Assembly: GCA_029953675.1 (NCBI GenBank)
Contig: JAMWBK010000011.1
Span: 1-64,000, forward strand
DNA: 64,000 bases
Direction: 5' to 3'
From: Rhodosorus marinus CCMP1338
Lineage: Eukaryota > Plantae > Rhodophyta
Below the pieces are notes generated by a model that was given only the letters and a program-made list of their open reading frames with translations, was not told the origin of the DNA and made no database searches. A program made the position numbers and the translations under genes. Shown here piece by piece: positions 10,101 through 21,774 of the stretch (position 1 is the first letter of the stretch; the number at the start of each line of letters is the position of its first letter).

Positions 10101-11894
10101 TTCAATATATCCTGTTCACTGTTTTTTAAAAGAACGAAGCCAGTTTATTGGTTTTGCTTCGGTATAACGACGGAATGGGTGAAGGCCTACCGGTGTGAGA
10201 ACTTCAGGCCATACTTCCCAAGGCCAAGGATATTTAAATCCTCTTCTGGGAGGTATTTTCTGCGATTGGGTATTTACTTTCAACCTGGATAAACGCAGCT
10301 GCACCAAGGGAACTGTCGCGAGATTGCGGGAACAAGCAGACATGGAGATCTAGAATTGGAACGCTGGAAAGGGAATACAACTAGCTAGGAAGGATGAAGA
10401 CCTTGTACGCGACGGGGTTCCCTCGCGGTTGGTTTCTGGCTTGCAATTGTAACGGTCGAGTCCGGGGATTGCGCCGCGAACATCCTCAGTTTCAAAAGCA
10501 GGATTAGAGTTTTGACCACTGGTGGAAACCAACCGCCGGAGAGTAATATCCAATATGTTGCAGAGATGTACACTGGAACAGGTGTGAATACGAATGTGTA
10601 CCAAGCTTCTCCACGTGTAGAGGCAAAAAACTACGCCCCACTTGTGAGGTCATTGACGAGTGTACGATACTTAAAGTCTGGGCCGACTGCAAACGAAGGA
10701 AACGTTCCCAATCGGAAAAACCGAAGTTTCCGATCATCTTAGACGCGGAGGATATCGATCCAAGGATAACCCAGTCTTCGATATTCCCGGTTAACGAGAT
10801 GCCGATTCTTAACTACTTGTCTCAGGACTTCATCTGCATGGTCGGAGCATCTCAGAGGATTCCGCCATGGTACGGAGAGGAACCTCCAGGATTTCCATGA
10901 AGCGCAGTATACCGGTGGACCAATGCCCAGAGTGAACGCCTAAGGGATCCAACGGGATAACTCAGCGCCCCAATTTTGGTTTAGGGGAGCGCGACGGGAT
11001 AAAAATCACAGAGGCAGTTTCTAAATAGAAATCGATAGGATGAGGAAGCGATTTAAAACGCCGAGGATACCGAGGCCCCCAGAGTGGGGGCTGTGGAGTG
11101 GGGGAAAGAAATGTCCTCAACGATCTGCCAATAAGAAACCTCCCTCCCTCCACCTCCCCCTCCCTCCCCTTTGTCTTGCTTGTGCAGGGTTGCCTTGTCT
11201 GTATCTAAGAAAAAATCACCTTCAGTAAAATCCCAAGTTTTTACAGCGAGCTCCGCGCAGAGCACATGCAGGGGGACACTCAGCAGGTCCTAATTGGCTC
11301 CTGATCCGCAATTCTCCGGGCTTACTAGGTACTCGAACTCGGAGGAGTTTCCCGAACCTCCTCTTAACCTGCCAAGCACTGCGCAGCAGCTAGATTACTG
11401 CCGTACAGGAAACCTACGACCAACACGGATCCTGAACGAGGTGAGGCGTTCGCCCTATCGTCGTCCCGGAGCCCTGAGGAAGGTGGGGACACACAGTGGA
11501 TATACAGACCGAATCCGCGAGCAACTGGTCGTGCCGCTCATACAACAAGGCATAGAGTCAGCGGTGGATGCGAACGCTCACTCCATGCGATATAGGCCCA
11601 TCTCTCGTGCCACCTGCAGCGGTTGTCTTACGGCTCGACCCGGAGAATGCTCTCAAGCCACCGCCGCGAACCACTGGCCACCATCTCCCGAGATGCTGGA
11701 AGCGGTGCGCCTGTTTGGGCTACGTAAATGACATTTAAGACTCCCCTACGTTCTTTGGCTGTCCGTGCTACTCACAAACCATGTCACACCGATACCAATT
11801 GCATGTCACATCGGCTGTAGAACAAACTGATCTGCGTGGACACTGGTCTTAAGGTGCCCCTATCCATGGCGCCCGTTTTCTGGGTGCTTAAAAA

Positions 11895-12150
11895 CCCCGG
11901 TCTAACGCATAGTAGCCATCCATGACGACGTTGGCCGGGTGACGAGGGCAGAGTGGTTCCAGCCTTTCATTAAGGAAATTTCTTATCATCTTGAAAACTC
12001 AAGCGTGGAGTGGCTGCGGAAATGAGTTACAGATCATCCTGCTGAGTATTTGGTACTCCTACGCCGATTGAGCGTCGCTGTTTGCCGAGATTCTAGCAAC
12101 ATGCTCGCGGAGACGCACCACCGTAGCACGCTTTTTCGCTAGTTCAGGCT
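11895..12150 (+). mobile_element. Decayed type A endonuclease and 3' fragment
   Basis: GTTCCAGCCTTTCATT...GGAGTGGCTGCGGAAATG...TTCAGGCTATATTAG matches the type A end. Confidence 0.75.
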
Positions 12151-12841
12151 ATATTAGAAGTCCACTGCATTTCTAGTTTCACCAATTTTTCTGCCTGGGC
12201 TTAGTGTTTAGAAAGTTCTCGCGTGTGGTTGAACCGCGAAAAAGATAAGTTGTTTTCCCTTGATGGAGAACGAGATATGCGCCTCGCACCGTGCAATTTC
12301 TTTGTTGGGATGGAGATACCTCTCAAGCCCTCGTCCACGCCAACTATTACGCACACGTTCAAGTATTGATTCAGACCTATGATCCCGCACGGCGTTCAAC
12401 CCCTTTTCCGTTTTCTGAGCAGCTCTCACGTGCGGCACCCGGAGGACGTTGTGCTACTCCAGGGTTGCTATCTCTGACTAAACGATGGTGCATGGCGTTA
12501 CACATGGGGTTGGTTTGATTCCTGTTGGGTATCTAACCATTTAAGTTCTGAATTTTATTCACATATGCATGACACACATTATACTGCCGTATTACGGTAA
12601 AGTTTACGACCCCTGAACCTGGGTCCGATGTTAAACCCGCGTACAAACCGCCGAAGCGGTCATGGCAGTCTGCTAGTTTCGCAAAGTTTTGTTTGCTGCT
12701 TGCGGTTATAGGTGACCCATGAACATAGAATCACGGTTCACGTAGCAGATCAGCTGTGCGATGGATTCCCCGGGCGTAGTGGGGTTGCCCGAGGAAAATA
12801 CGACGAACCCATCTCCAATCCAGGCGCTCTTTCCGAATCAG

Positions 12842-13969
12842 TTACCTCCACTTCGTGTTGACTGGGCATCCGTTGAATGGTATCACCTCCAGATCGGGAC
12901 ATTGCCCCACATCAGGATCCAAGAAATACCCATTACCGCTCTCATCCGAGGCCTCAATCGTGCTCAGGAACAGCATGTCCTCGATGGAGGTACAGTTTGG
13001 CATATCGGTCAACATGGAGGGGCAGATATCCCACTCCAAGGGGCTGTCCGGGGCTACTGAAGTTGCGATTTGGAACTCTTGGTTGTTTTCCCAGATTGTC
13101 TTCAGATCCTGGTCCGCTCCCCATAGGCCCAAGTACATGCCGGTTATGCTCTGCCCCTGTTCGCCCGAGTTGAATTTGATTACGAGGTGGAAGCAGCGCT
13201 CGCCGTTCACAGATGAAGTGCTGTAAGTCGCGGTTGCAACATTGGTGCCTGTAAATCTATTAAGCAAACTGAAGGTAGAGATGCAGTTTGTTTTCTTTCC
13301 GCAAGTGAACGTTGGCTCAAGCCCGGTCGCCTCAATGTCCTTCTCGCAGTTGTAGAAGGGAGAAGGAGTCGGCGACGGCGACGGGGTGCCGTCGACCCAT
13401 ATAACGCCAATTGGGCACTGAGTTATCCCGTCGGGTCCCTTAGGCGTCGATGCTGGGCATTGACTACCGCTAGGTTGCTTCGTGGAGATCCTGAGGTTCG
13501 TCTCCGTATCTCCAACGAATCCCCTGAACGCCCCAACCATGCAGATGGAGTCTTGAGAAAGGCAGTTGGGAATCGGCATAGCTGTAACCGGAATCTCGAA
13601 GACTAGGTTATCCTGATCGATATCATCCCCGTCCAAGGCGATCTGAAACTTGCTTTTTCCACTCGGAACGCTTCCTTCCTTGCAGTCGGGCCAGACTCCA
13701 AGTCTCACTCTCGTCATATTCACAAGTTGGGCGTGGTTTTCCACCTCCACCTCGAAACTTGGTATCCCGTTTGTAATCAAACCTGTTCTGGTGTTCATCG
13801 TTGCAATGTAATTGACCCTACCCGGCGGACCACCAGTGGTCAAAAAATTAGTCCTCCTTTGAAAGTAAGGATATTCACCCTTCGGGTCGCAATCCCCGGA
13901 CTCGGCAGCTGCAATTGCAGCCAAGAAACCAGCAGCGAGAAGCATCGTCGTTGTGTGCCAGGTCTTCAT
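12842..13969 (-). CDS. Secreted 375-aa protein with two copies of the unnamed domain joined by a PSPSPTPSP linker
   Basis: Signal peptide MKTWHTTTMLLAAGFLAAIAAA; MTRVRLGVWPDC..PSG..KFQ...PNC..DSICMV and second copy ITGMYLGLW...EFQ...WDICP..PNC. Confidence 0.85.
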   Translation of the reverse strand: MKTWHTTTMLLAAGFLAAIAAAESGDCDPKGEYPYFQRRTNFLTTGGPPGRVNYIATMNTRTGLITNGIPSFEVEVENHAQLVNMTRVRLGVWPDCKEGSVPSGKSKFQIALDGDDIDQDNLVFEIPVTAMPIPNCLSQDSICMVGAFRGFVGDTETNLRISTKQPSGSQCPASTPKGPDGITQCPIGVIWVDGTPSPSPTPSPFYNCEKDIEATGLEPTFTCGKKTNCISTFSLLNRFTGTNVATATYSTSSVNGERCFHLVIKFNSGEQGQSITGMYLGLWGADQDLKTIWENNQEFQIATSVAPDSPLEWDICPSMLTDMPNCTSIEDMLFLSTIEASDESGNGYFLDPDVGQCPDLEVIPFNGCPVNTKWR

Positions 13970-14127
13970 CCTTGCTAGCTAGTGGTTTTCCCTTTCCAGA
14001 CCTACTAATTCTAGATCCCCTTATCTGCTTGTGCCGAATTCTCCCCGTCACCTCCCGATTATGCGGCTGCGTTTATCCGGCTTAAGTAAATACCGAATCG
14101 CACAAAACACCTCCAGAAGATTTAAAG

Positions 14128-14270
14128 ATCCTCGGCCTTGGGAAGTCAACGAGTTTTTTGGGAAGTGCGGCCCTGTTCTGACACATGTCTGCCTTCATTA
14201 TCCTCGGCCTTGGGAAGTCAACGAGTTTTTTGGGAAGTGCGGCCCTGTTATGACACATGTCTGCCTTCAC
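14128..14270 (+). repeat. 72-bp tandem duplication inside an unclassified dispersed repeat (homologous to 10140-10290 on minus strand)
   Basis: ATCCTCGGCCTTGGGAAGTCAACG... starts at 14128 and 14200. Confidence 0.85.
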
Positions 14271-14515
14271 CAATTCCGTCGCCGTCACCCAAGAAAACCA
14301 ATAGACGGGTTTTTGCCGCAAAAACTGTAAACAGGATATGTTCGAACCAATGGATCGATGATCGGATAGTTTAATTGGACACCCAAGACTGACGATTTCC
14401 AGGGAATTCATGCTCGCCGAGGTCACCGTCAAGTTTGTCTACCTCATTGATTCGATAGTCCGCTTTCTGGCATAATCCGGGTTGTGATTTTGGAGGTGGG
14501 CGGTCTTGGCAGTAA

Positions 14516-14666
14516 GGTTGTGCCAAGTGGGTGGGGTTTTGCCAGGTGGGTTGGGTTCTTCGCTGTTTACAACCCACCCAACCCCTTAAACCCCTTGTTT
14601 TCGCACGTTTAACCACTTCCGGGTCGCGTAAACAGTGAAAAACCAGACCAACTGGCACCTACAACC
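14516..14666. mobile_element. MITE-like element, second copy
   Basis: GGTTGTGCCAAGTGGG left end, imperfect inverted right end; core GAAGTGGTTAAAC..GCGAAAACA..GGTTTA shared with 6692-6810. Confidence 0.55.
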
Positions 14667-14765
14667 CTATTGACAGCGTGTAGTCTTTTTTTCCCCTCCG
14701 TGTTTTTTTTTCAATCCCGGATTGCACAAATTCATTCTTTCCCTAACAAACAGCAAACTGGGTAC

Positions 14766-15190
14766 GTTCGAAACCAGCCGTCCACTGACACCTTGTTCAG
14801 GTACCAGAAACAAATTCATTCAGATACGGTAGGACCACCACCCGTTCGAAACCAGCCGTCCACTGACACCTTGTTCAGGTGCTTCGGCACTAGCACATCG
14901 CTTGGTACCCCTGATCATTGAGTGCTTTGGGTTCATGGACTCTGTTGGTTCTCGCTGGCTTCGGGAGTTGTTCCGCGAACGCCCTGACCGTCTTCAATCG
15001 TTGTTTACCCGCTTAAGTTTCCTGCTGTGGCGCATGAATGCCGCTTTGATGTTGGAGGCGCGAGTACTTCGCCGCGCTTAGTCTTTTTCCCCTCGGGGTT
15101 TTTTTTCAGCCTCCGATTAAACCATTCGTTCGTTCGTTCGTTCAGGTACCAGAAACAAATTCATTCAGATACGGTAGGACCACCACCCGT
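14766..15190 (+). repeat. Two 78-bp tandem units, the second interrupted by a type B insertion
   Basis: Units start at 14766 and 14844; the second resumes at 15148. Confidence 0.9.
14881..15139 (+). mobile_element. 5'-truncated type B copy with 8-bp TSD
   Basis: GTTCAGGT at 14873-14880 and 15140-15147; matches 9580-9835; tail (TTCG)4. Confidence 0.92.
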
Positions 15191-15429
15191 CTGACAAACA
15201 ATTAAACGATGATTTTATTTTATTTATTGGATAAACAAAAGGAGATCAAATGGAGTAAGCAAACTTTCTATTTTTATACTTGGATTCTATAAATATCCAC
15301 CAGTAATAAGTATTCTGCTATCTTAACGGATTATGAACGATTGACCTGAGCACGAAATCTCTTCTGTTTGCGTAAAATTTGAATATATATCTTTGTTAAG
15401 TATACCGAAGCGGGCGGAATCCTGAATTG

Positions 15430-16900
15430 GTTGGTGGTTCTACTGGGCTTATTAGCATAGCCTGAAGCGATACGCAAGGCGTGAAATGGAACTAAGAACT
15501 AGGGAGGGAAGCGTGCAAACCCAGGCGCCGATGGCGCGCCTAAGTGGTTTTACTGGCTTTCCAAACCTGAAGCGCTGCGCAAGGCGTGAAAGGGAGAAGG
15601 GACTAGGGGGAAAAGCGTGCAACGTAGGCGGCGATTGTGCGCCACGGCGAACATGCTGCGAGATTATCGCCTGAGAGCGACACCCAAACGGCGTGGGAGT
15701 CCCAGATATTCAACTAGTCAGTAAACATTTCAGCAGCCACTCCAAGCTGAACCTTTCCAGATGCCCAAAACTTTCCACAATGAAAGGCTAGAACCTTTGA
15801 GAACGGTTCTCGGCCCGGGGGAGACTGGCCATGCTCTCAGCATACCGCCATTCCTGCAGCCGGCGAAGTACGGAAGCTGCTGCCCACCGAGCGGAGAGCG
15901 GCAGAGGCGGGATAAGTACTTGACACAGGGTCTGTGACAGCGAGGTCCACATATGCTGAGCGTCTGCCGACGGGATCCGATACCAGGTGGTTTTACGAAC
16001 CAGGAGATTTGCGATGCGGGGGGTGGCAGAGGCTGATCGAGGCAGTTCCGATTCAAACTCAACCGTGTAACCATGTGGCCAGCCCTGGTCAAATGTTCGC
16101 TCAGGATGTACTTCAGACGGGTGTCGCGTTTCGTTCAATGACCGTTCAGCATTCCACAAGAGGCCACAGCTTGGTAGCCACAACCGTCAATACGAGTCTC
16201 ACAGCCTTGGCAGAAGGAAAGGCGATTAGAGTGCCAAGGGTCCTGTGGCAAACCCAGATAGATTCTTGCGGCAGACCGGGGCTGGAAGGTGTCCAGACGT
16301 TGCGCCGGTGACGGGGTGAGAGTGTTTAACCACAGGTGAGATAGACGAACTCTCAAGCGGCGAAGACAAGCCACAGTTGTGGGCGGTATGAGTTGTTCCG
16401 CGAACGCCCTGACCGTCTCCAATCGTTGTTTACCCGCTTAAGTTTCCTGCTGTGGCGCATGAATGCCGCTTTGATGTTGGAGGCGCGAGTACTTTGCCGC
16501 GCTTAGTCTTTTTTTCCCCTCGGGGTTTTTTTCAGCCTCCGATTAAACCATTCATTCATGAGCGGAGAGTTGAGCGAGATTGCGTGAGCTGTACAGTGTT
16601 GACCCGAGGTGAGGCTAGGCTGAATCACATCAGTGCGTGCGCTGCAAATTCTGCTCATACCCGGGTAACCTGCCGCGGGCGACCTCAAGACCATACGAGC
16701 ACTGAAAGTGGTAACCACAACCGTCAATATGACTTTCACAGCCTTGGCAGAAGCAATGGCGACTAGAGCGCGAAGGGCCTGCGGCAAACCGAGGTAGGTC
16801 CTTGCCGCAGTCCGGAACTCGAAGGCGTCCAGACGTTGGCCCTTTGACGAGGGCTGAATGGTTAACCACAAGGAGGGAGGGGGGAAGATAGGTCAATTGG
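15430..16900 (-). mobile_element. Stack of decayed type A fragments with a plus-strand type B copy at about 16393-16557
   Basis: A tails at about 15440 and 15545; endonuclease and zinc-finger remnants; B copy flanked by ATGAG at 16388-16392 and 16558-16562. Confidence 0.8.
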
Positions 16901-16920
16901 GAGAGTAGGGATTGATTGCA

Positions 16921-17608
16921 GACTGAGGATAGAATTTTTTACGCCGCGTAGCGCTGAAGGCTGTTTTAGTTAACCAACCAATCACCAGCACGGCTAAACA
17001 GTCTGCGACGAAAAGCAAGCAGACGTAGACGACCTATTCCTCAGATGTTTTCGAAAATTCCATATCGACAAGGCACTGCTTATACGGAGGCGTCGAGGTT
17101 TTCGGTTTTTGAGTTCTCCAGGTTCGGGTTTTGAGTCGCTTTCGGTCACGATTGTGTTCTTCCGTGGGAGGCGCTTCCTTTGGTTGCCCTTCCCCCCGCT
17201 GTTTCGCGTTGTGCAATTGAAGTTGAAAGCGGCCTTAGCAGTTCAACTCTGGAGTCTTATTCTCGAGAGATTAACCCAATGAGTATGAAGCAGGGAGATT
17301 TGATTCCAGAGTTGAACTCCTAATGCCGCTTTCAACTTTGATGGCGGGTCCTATAGTCAGGTAAATATAGCCAACTTTAAGCAGGATGGAAAGTTTTGTA
17401 AAGGGTTAGATCGTTCCTGATCACCGTTCAGAAGACGTGAACCTTGTCGATATGGAATATCCGAAAACATCTGAGGAACAGGTCGTCTACGTCTGATTGC
17501 TTTCCGTCGAAGACTATTTAGCCGTGCTGATGATTGGTTGGTTAACTTTCACAGCATTCAGCGCCACGCAGGGCGTAAAGAGTGATGTAAAAAGTTTTTT
17601 CCTCAGTC
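16921..17608. repeat. Inverted repeat with arms of about 155-165 bp (16921-17073 and 17442-17608)
   Basis: ...CCTCAGATGTTTTCGAAAATTCCATATCGACAAGG mirrored by CCTTGTCGATATGGAATATCCGAAAACATCTGAGG...; each arm starts with a diverged type A 3' hairpin. Confidence 0.88.
17220..17338. repeat. Hairpin with 37-bp stem (3 mismatches) and about 45-nt loop
   Basis: AAGTTGAAAGCGGCCTTAGCAGTTCAACTCTGGAGTC vs GATTCCAGAGTTGAACTCCTAATGCCGCTTTCAACTT. Confidence 0.9.
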
Positions 17609-17619
17609 CGCTGGAATGC

Positions 17620-17925
17620 CGTGGATTTGCCGCTGCCCGTATGAGACGTCGCAAATAGGCAAAACATGCGGGGGCTTTGCTTCCGTGCTTCAGCTCAAGC
17701 TCATCGCCTGGTAGTTCTGGTCATTTTGAGTTCTTCGGCTTTATGAATTTCGTTGGTTCTCGTTGGCTTCGGGAGATGGGCGCGAAGGCCCTGACCGTTT
17801 CTCCCCTTTTTGGCCCGTTTTCAGGTTCCCGCAGTGGCGTGTTAACGCTGCAATGATGTTGGAGGGGCACGGTCTTCGCCGCACGTTCAGCTTTTTTTCT
17901 TTCAGTCTCCAATTAAACGAATTCA
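17620..17925 (+). mobile_element. Decayed type B-like endonuclease and 3' end
   Basis: GTTGGTTCTCGTTGGCTTCGGGAG...CCCTGACCGT...ATGATGTTGGAGG...CAGTCTCCAATTAAAC. Confidence 0.8.
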
Positions 17926-18159
17926 CGCAATCACATCCTCTGGAATTAGTTGTTTTTATTGGGAATGATGCTACGGGTGTGATTAGTGCATCGGCAGTTC
18001 TAGAGGCAGTATTTCCCCCCGAGGAGAAACACTGAGGGGATCCATTCTAAATACAAGTCCTCCCTTAGGTGTTTCCTAAAGGTTTGTTTGCAAATTTGAC
18101 TGCGCCAACAACAATATATCTATTTCGTTGGGAGGTAGGCGATGTCGTAGCTGTCGATT

Positions 18160-19116
18160 TCAACGGCGTCCGAAGATACTGGGCAGCCATTGTCTGCCAG
18201 CGTGTACCTTTGTCAGCGCATTACCGCTGGCGTAAAGGGAACCCTCGAACTCCACCATACCGCCCCCCGCGCCACCTCCAATATCCGACTCACACACCGG
18301 ATCAATGTCCGACCCGCTCACGTCGTAGACCTGAAGCGAGTTACTTCCGCCACAGCCAGTAAACAGAGTCTTTGAATCCGCGGAGAGTTTCACCGTGTGG
18401 GCGCAAGATGTGCTCACAGACTTCAACGTTTCCATCGTATCCGCATCGAATCGACCGATTTGGTTCTGGTAAGTTGCGAACAGATCGGAATTTTTCATGA
18501 TCGAAAGTCGCGGAGCGGTAGGCAGGTTCACCCTCACGCCTTTCTTGAAGTTGTTAGACACGTCGTACTGCATGATTAGTGACACTCCACCAGAGTGAGG
18601 TACAAACTGCGAAGTGTACAAGTATTTGTCAGTGAGAACGGCGTCGGTTATAGTGGCCGCGTACATGCCCGATTGGATGGAGGGAATGGTGTGCTCAAAC
18701 TCCAGCGTCTTTGGGTTTGCGAGAATGACCCTTGAATTACCGTATGAGTAATACGGGCAGATCAAGAGCACGTAGTCAGCGTGTTCCGGATCCGAGGAAC
18801 CCCTTATGGAGAGTCCAGATGGGCAGTACTGAAACCAGAGCTTGTCACTTGTTCGGTACAGTTTTCCGCTTGAACTAATCCCCCATCGTTGAACGTTTGC
18901 ATAGTTGGTGTTCGTGTAGACATAGTTTTTATATCTATGCACGTCCGTAAAATACTCTCCGTCTGGATCGGAGATCGTCTGAATTGGTGTCGTCGAAGAC
19001 GACATGTCGCTAGAGTCGAAGACGGCAAGCGTCCCGCTCGATGTTATTGTCACGACGCTGTCACAGAGCACCGAGCCAAGCAGGCTCAGCATGATACATC
19101 CAAACAACACCCTCAT
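18160..19116 (-). CDS. Secreted beta-propeller protein (YVTN/LVIVD-like appearance)
   Basis: Signal peptide MRVLFGCIMLSLLGSVLC; repeating blade-like strands (LAVFD, VILAN, YLYTS, IMQYDV, IGRFD, LFTGC, LQVYDV). The fold is inferred. Confidence 0.7.
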   Translation of the reverse strand: MRVLFGCIMLSLLGSVLCDSVVTITSSGTLAVFDSSDMSSSTTPIQTISDPDGEYFTDVHRYKNYVYTNTNYANVQRWGISSSGKLYRTSDKLWFQYCPSGLSIRGSSDPEHADYVLLICPYYSYGNSRVILANPKTLEFEHTIPSIQSGMYAATITDAVLTDKYLYTSQFVPHSGGVSLIMQYDVSNNFKKGVRVNLPTAPRLSIMKNSDLFATYQNQIGRFDADTMETLKSVSTSCAHTVKLSADSKTLFTGCGGSNSLQVYDVSGSDIDPVCESDIGGGAGGGMVEFEGSLYASGNALTKVHAGRQWLPSIFGRR

Positions 19117-19589
19117 TCTGCCGCTCTGATTTTCTGACCCGCCCGAAGAATATTCTGCCTCCGTTCTTTGCCTGTTCAAACTTAAGTTGTCCACAGATAA
19201 TTGGGCTGCTCCCTTTCAAATTCTCTCAAGAGTTTGCTTATCTTGCGCATCCTTCATCCCGCAACAACTGCTGATAGAACAAGGTCACGGGGCCTTTATA
19301 ACCGTTCCTTGGAACTCTCAGCGGCGGCCACCCTGGCACTAGGACATTTCCTTGATCTTCATTTGCTAAAAAAAACCGCCCACCAGGGCTTCACACAACG
19401 ATGTCCTGATAGCTTAATAGGACACCCAAGACTAGCGATTTCCACGGAAAGCATGGTCGCCCAGGTGTTCCTGAGATGTTCACTTTCAGCTTGCTACCGT
19501 CAGCTTGCTACCTTACTGATGGGGTAGTCCGCTTGCTCCGGTGTTGAACAACTCTGTGGACTTCTCCAGAAGTGTCCTGCTATGGGGTA

Positions 19590-20215
19590 TGAACGTGTGA
19601 TTTAATGTTGTACGAGCGCGATCTTCGCAGCTCGTAGTTTTGTTTTCCACTTGGTTTTTATTTTTTTTAAATCCCCGATTGCACAATTTCATTCAATTGT
19701 TCGGTAGCGATGTTAGGAAAACCACCATTCTTCGGTACTTCGCCAACTGAATGAACGACTGTGTTGCGAGCATGGCCGGTCTCCCTGGGCGGAGGGCCGG
19801 TCTCCCTGGGCGGAGGGCCGGTCTCCCTGGGCGGAGGGCCGGTCTCCCTGGGCGGAGGGCCGTTCTCACAGGTTCCAGCCTTCATTTGGGAGAGCTCGAG
19901 CACGGAAAAGTCGAGCTTGGAGTGGATACAGAAATGTTTTACAGACTAGTTGAATATCTGGGACTCCTACACCGTACAAGTGCCACTCTCTTTCGATATT
20001 TAAACAGCGTGCTCGCCGAGGCGCGCAATCGGCGCGCAATCGGCGTCCGGGTTTGCACGCTTTCTCCCTTGCTCCTAGCTCGCTTTCACGCCCTGCGTAG
20101 CGCTTCAGGCTATGCTAGTAATAAAGCATCTTCACGCCTTGCGTAGCGCTTCAGGCTATGCTAGTAAAGTCCAGTAATAAAGCCCAGTAATAAAGCCCAA
20201 TAAAAACCACCACCA
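19590..20215 (+). mobile_element. Decayed type B-like end followed by type A 3' copy with internal 21-bp x4 array and duplicated tail
   Basis: GGCCGGTCTCCCTGGGCGGAG x4 at 19774-19857; 3' hairpin twice (20085-20130, 20132-20165); tail AGTAATAAAGCCC repeats. Confidence 0.85.
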
Positions 20216-20934
20216 TTCAATTGTGTACAACCTTTCTTGTCACAAGTAGTGGCGCTTGTGTGATGTGTAGTACTTGTCCTAGTAAATCCTCTCCCTCCCG
20301 GTCTTCGATGATTTTTTATCGCACTACAAATGGTGGTGGTGGTGGTGGTGGTTTTACTAAGTTGAATGAATTCGAGTTTGTTTAGCCGGAGACTGCACAG
20401 CAAGAAACTTAAACGGGTAAGCGAGTTAATGTATGACTCCGAAACAATATAGAAGTTCTGTGTTCACGACTTCATTTTCGCTTCTTTTTGTGTGGATATG
20501 GCAGTCAATATGGCGATCGACATGCTGACGTCATGTCTATTATTTAAACAAAACACAGGAACTGTTTCATGATTAATGAAATATTTTCTGGTTCAGCTAA
20601 ATATACTCAAAAATCTGGATGTTCGTCCAAACTTGTATCGTGCAGATTGATTAGGTGACCCAGATAACCCTTCCAGCACCTACCATCCTGACAGCAGCGC
20701 AGCGTACAACGTCGAGATGCTCACCAGCGGTTATTTCCCGAAGGTATCCATATGTACAGCAAAACCAAAGGACTCCCTGTCGAACCAGCATATATTCCCG
20801 AAGGGATTTGCCGCCCTTGCAACGTCGCTTCCAAATAAAACGCAGCGTCCGCATGCCGATTGGAAAGAGGGTCGATGATTAGATTCGTCCCCTATTCAGT
20901 TTGGAATTGTCACTTCTATTTTAAGGTGTAGTAT

Positions 20935-21500
20935 GCTGGTTTTACTGGCATAGCCTGATGCGCTACGCAAAACGGAAAGGGAAACTAGGTGGGGCTAGGG
21001 AGAAGCGCATGTAAGCCCAGGCGACAGTGGCACGCCTCGGCGAGTATGCTGCTAGAATAGATTTTAACAAAAACCATTTTCTGATTGTGTCAGCTTTTGC
21101 GTACGATTTCTTCTGGATGAATTGGTTGAATCGGAGCCGAAAGTGGTGGTTGTGTTCACGATTTCCTCTGTGTCTTTTTGTCGCGGACATGGCGATATGC
21201 GGGCCGTCATGTTGAAAGAGGCACAAGACTGAGAAGATCGTGCTCCCTTTCAATATCGATGAAGTGGTTTGCAAACATGATAGAAACGTTCGTACCGGCA
21301 CAGCAGGAAGCTCAGATGGGAAGACAGTGAGCATAGGCAGTTCGTCGCGTTCGCCGAATTGTTTCCGTAGCCAGCCGGAACCAACTGAATCCATAAACCT
21401 TTTTTTGGTACTTACAACGGATTTCCTTACGTCACATCTGTCCGAGGTACGACCTGTGTGAACACTCGAATAGAGCTGGCCGCACGGTCGAGGCCTGGGG
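20935..21500 (-). mobile_element. Decayed chimeric A/B endonuclease fragment ending in type A tail
   Basis: FMDSVGSGWLRKQFGER (B-like) and GGTTTTACTGGCATAGCCTGATGCGCTACGC tail. Confidence 0.65.
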
Positions 21501-21774
21501 CTAGTGTTGCGCTGCATCAGGCAGCTGCCTAATAAAGGATGCAGCTAGTCTGGGGCTAGTAAAGTCTGGGGTTAGCTGCCCAGTAAATTTTACTGGTAGT
21601 ATTGACTGTTTCGCACTGGGGACTCGACCTCGAGGGCGCCATGGTTCACTGTGTGAGTAGCTTTAAATGTATCAATGCCGTACAAGAGGTATCTGATGAG
21701 ATGCGCTTCGTTCTGAGAGTTCATTACTAATTGCAAAGCTTCTGGTTTTGGGTCAAACTGCTCTTGGCTTAAGG

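Noticed and set aside
11294-11880. Possible DIRS-type RNase H / methyltransferase remnant
   Set aside because: Only vague resemblance (HWPPSPEML...); no diagnostic motif could be confirmed.
14766-14920. CRISPR-like or regularly spaced repeats (also 14128-14270, 19774-19857, 25098-25135)
   Set aside because: These are contiguous tandem duplications without unique spacers, there are no cas genes, and the context is eukaryotic.
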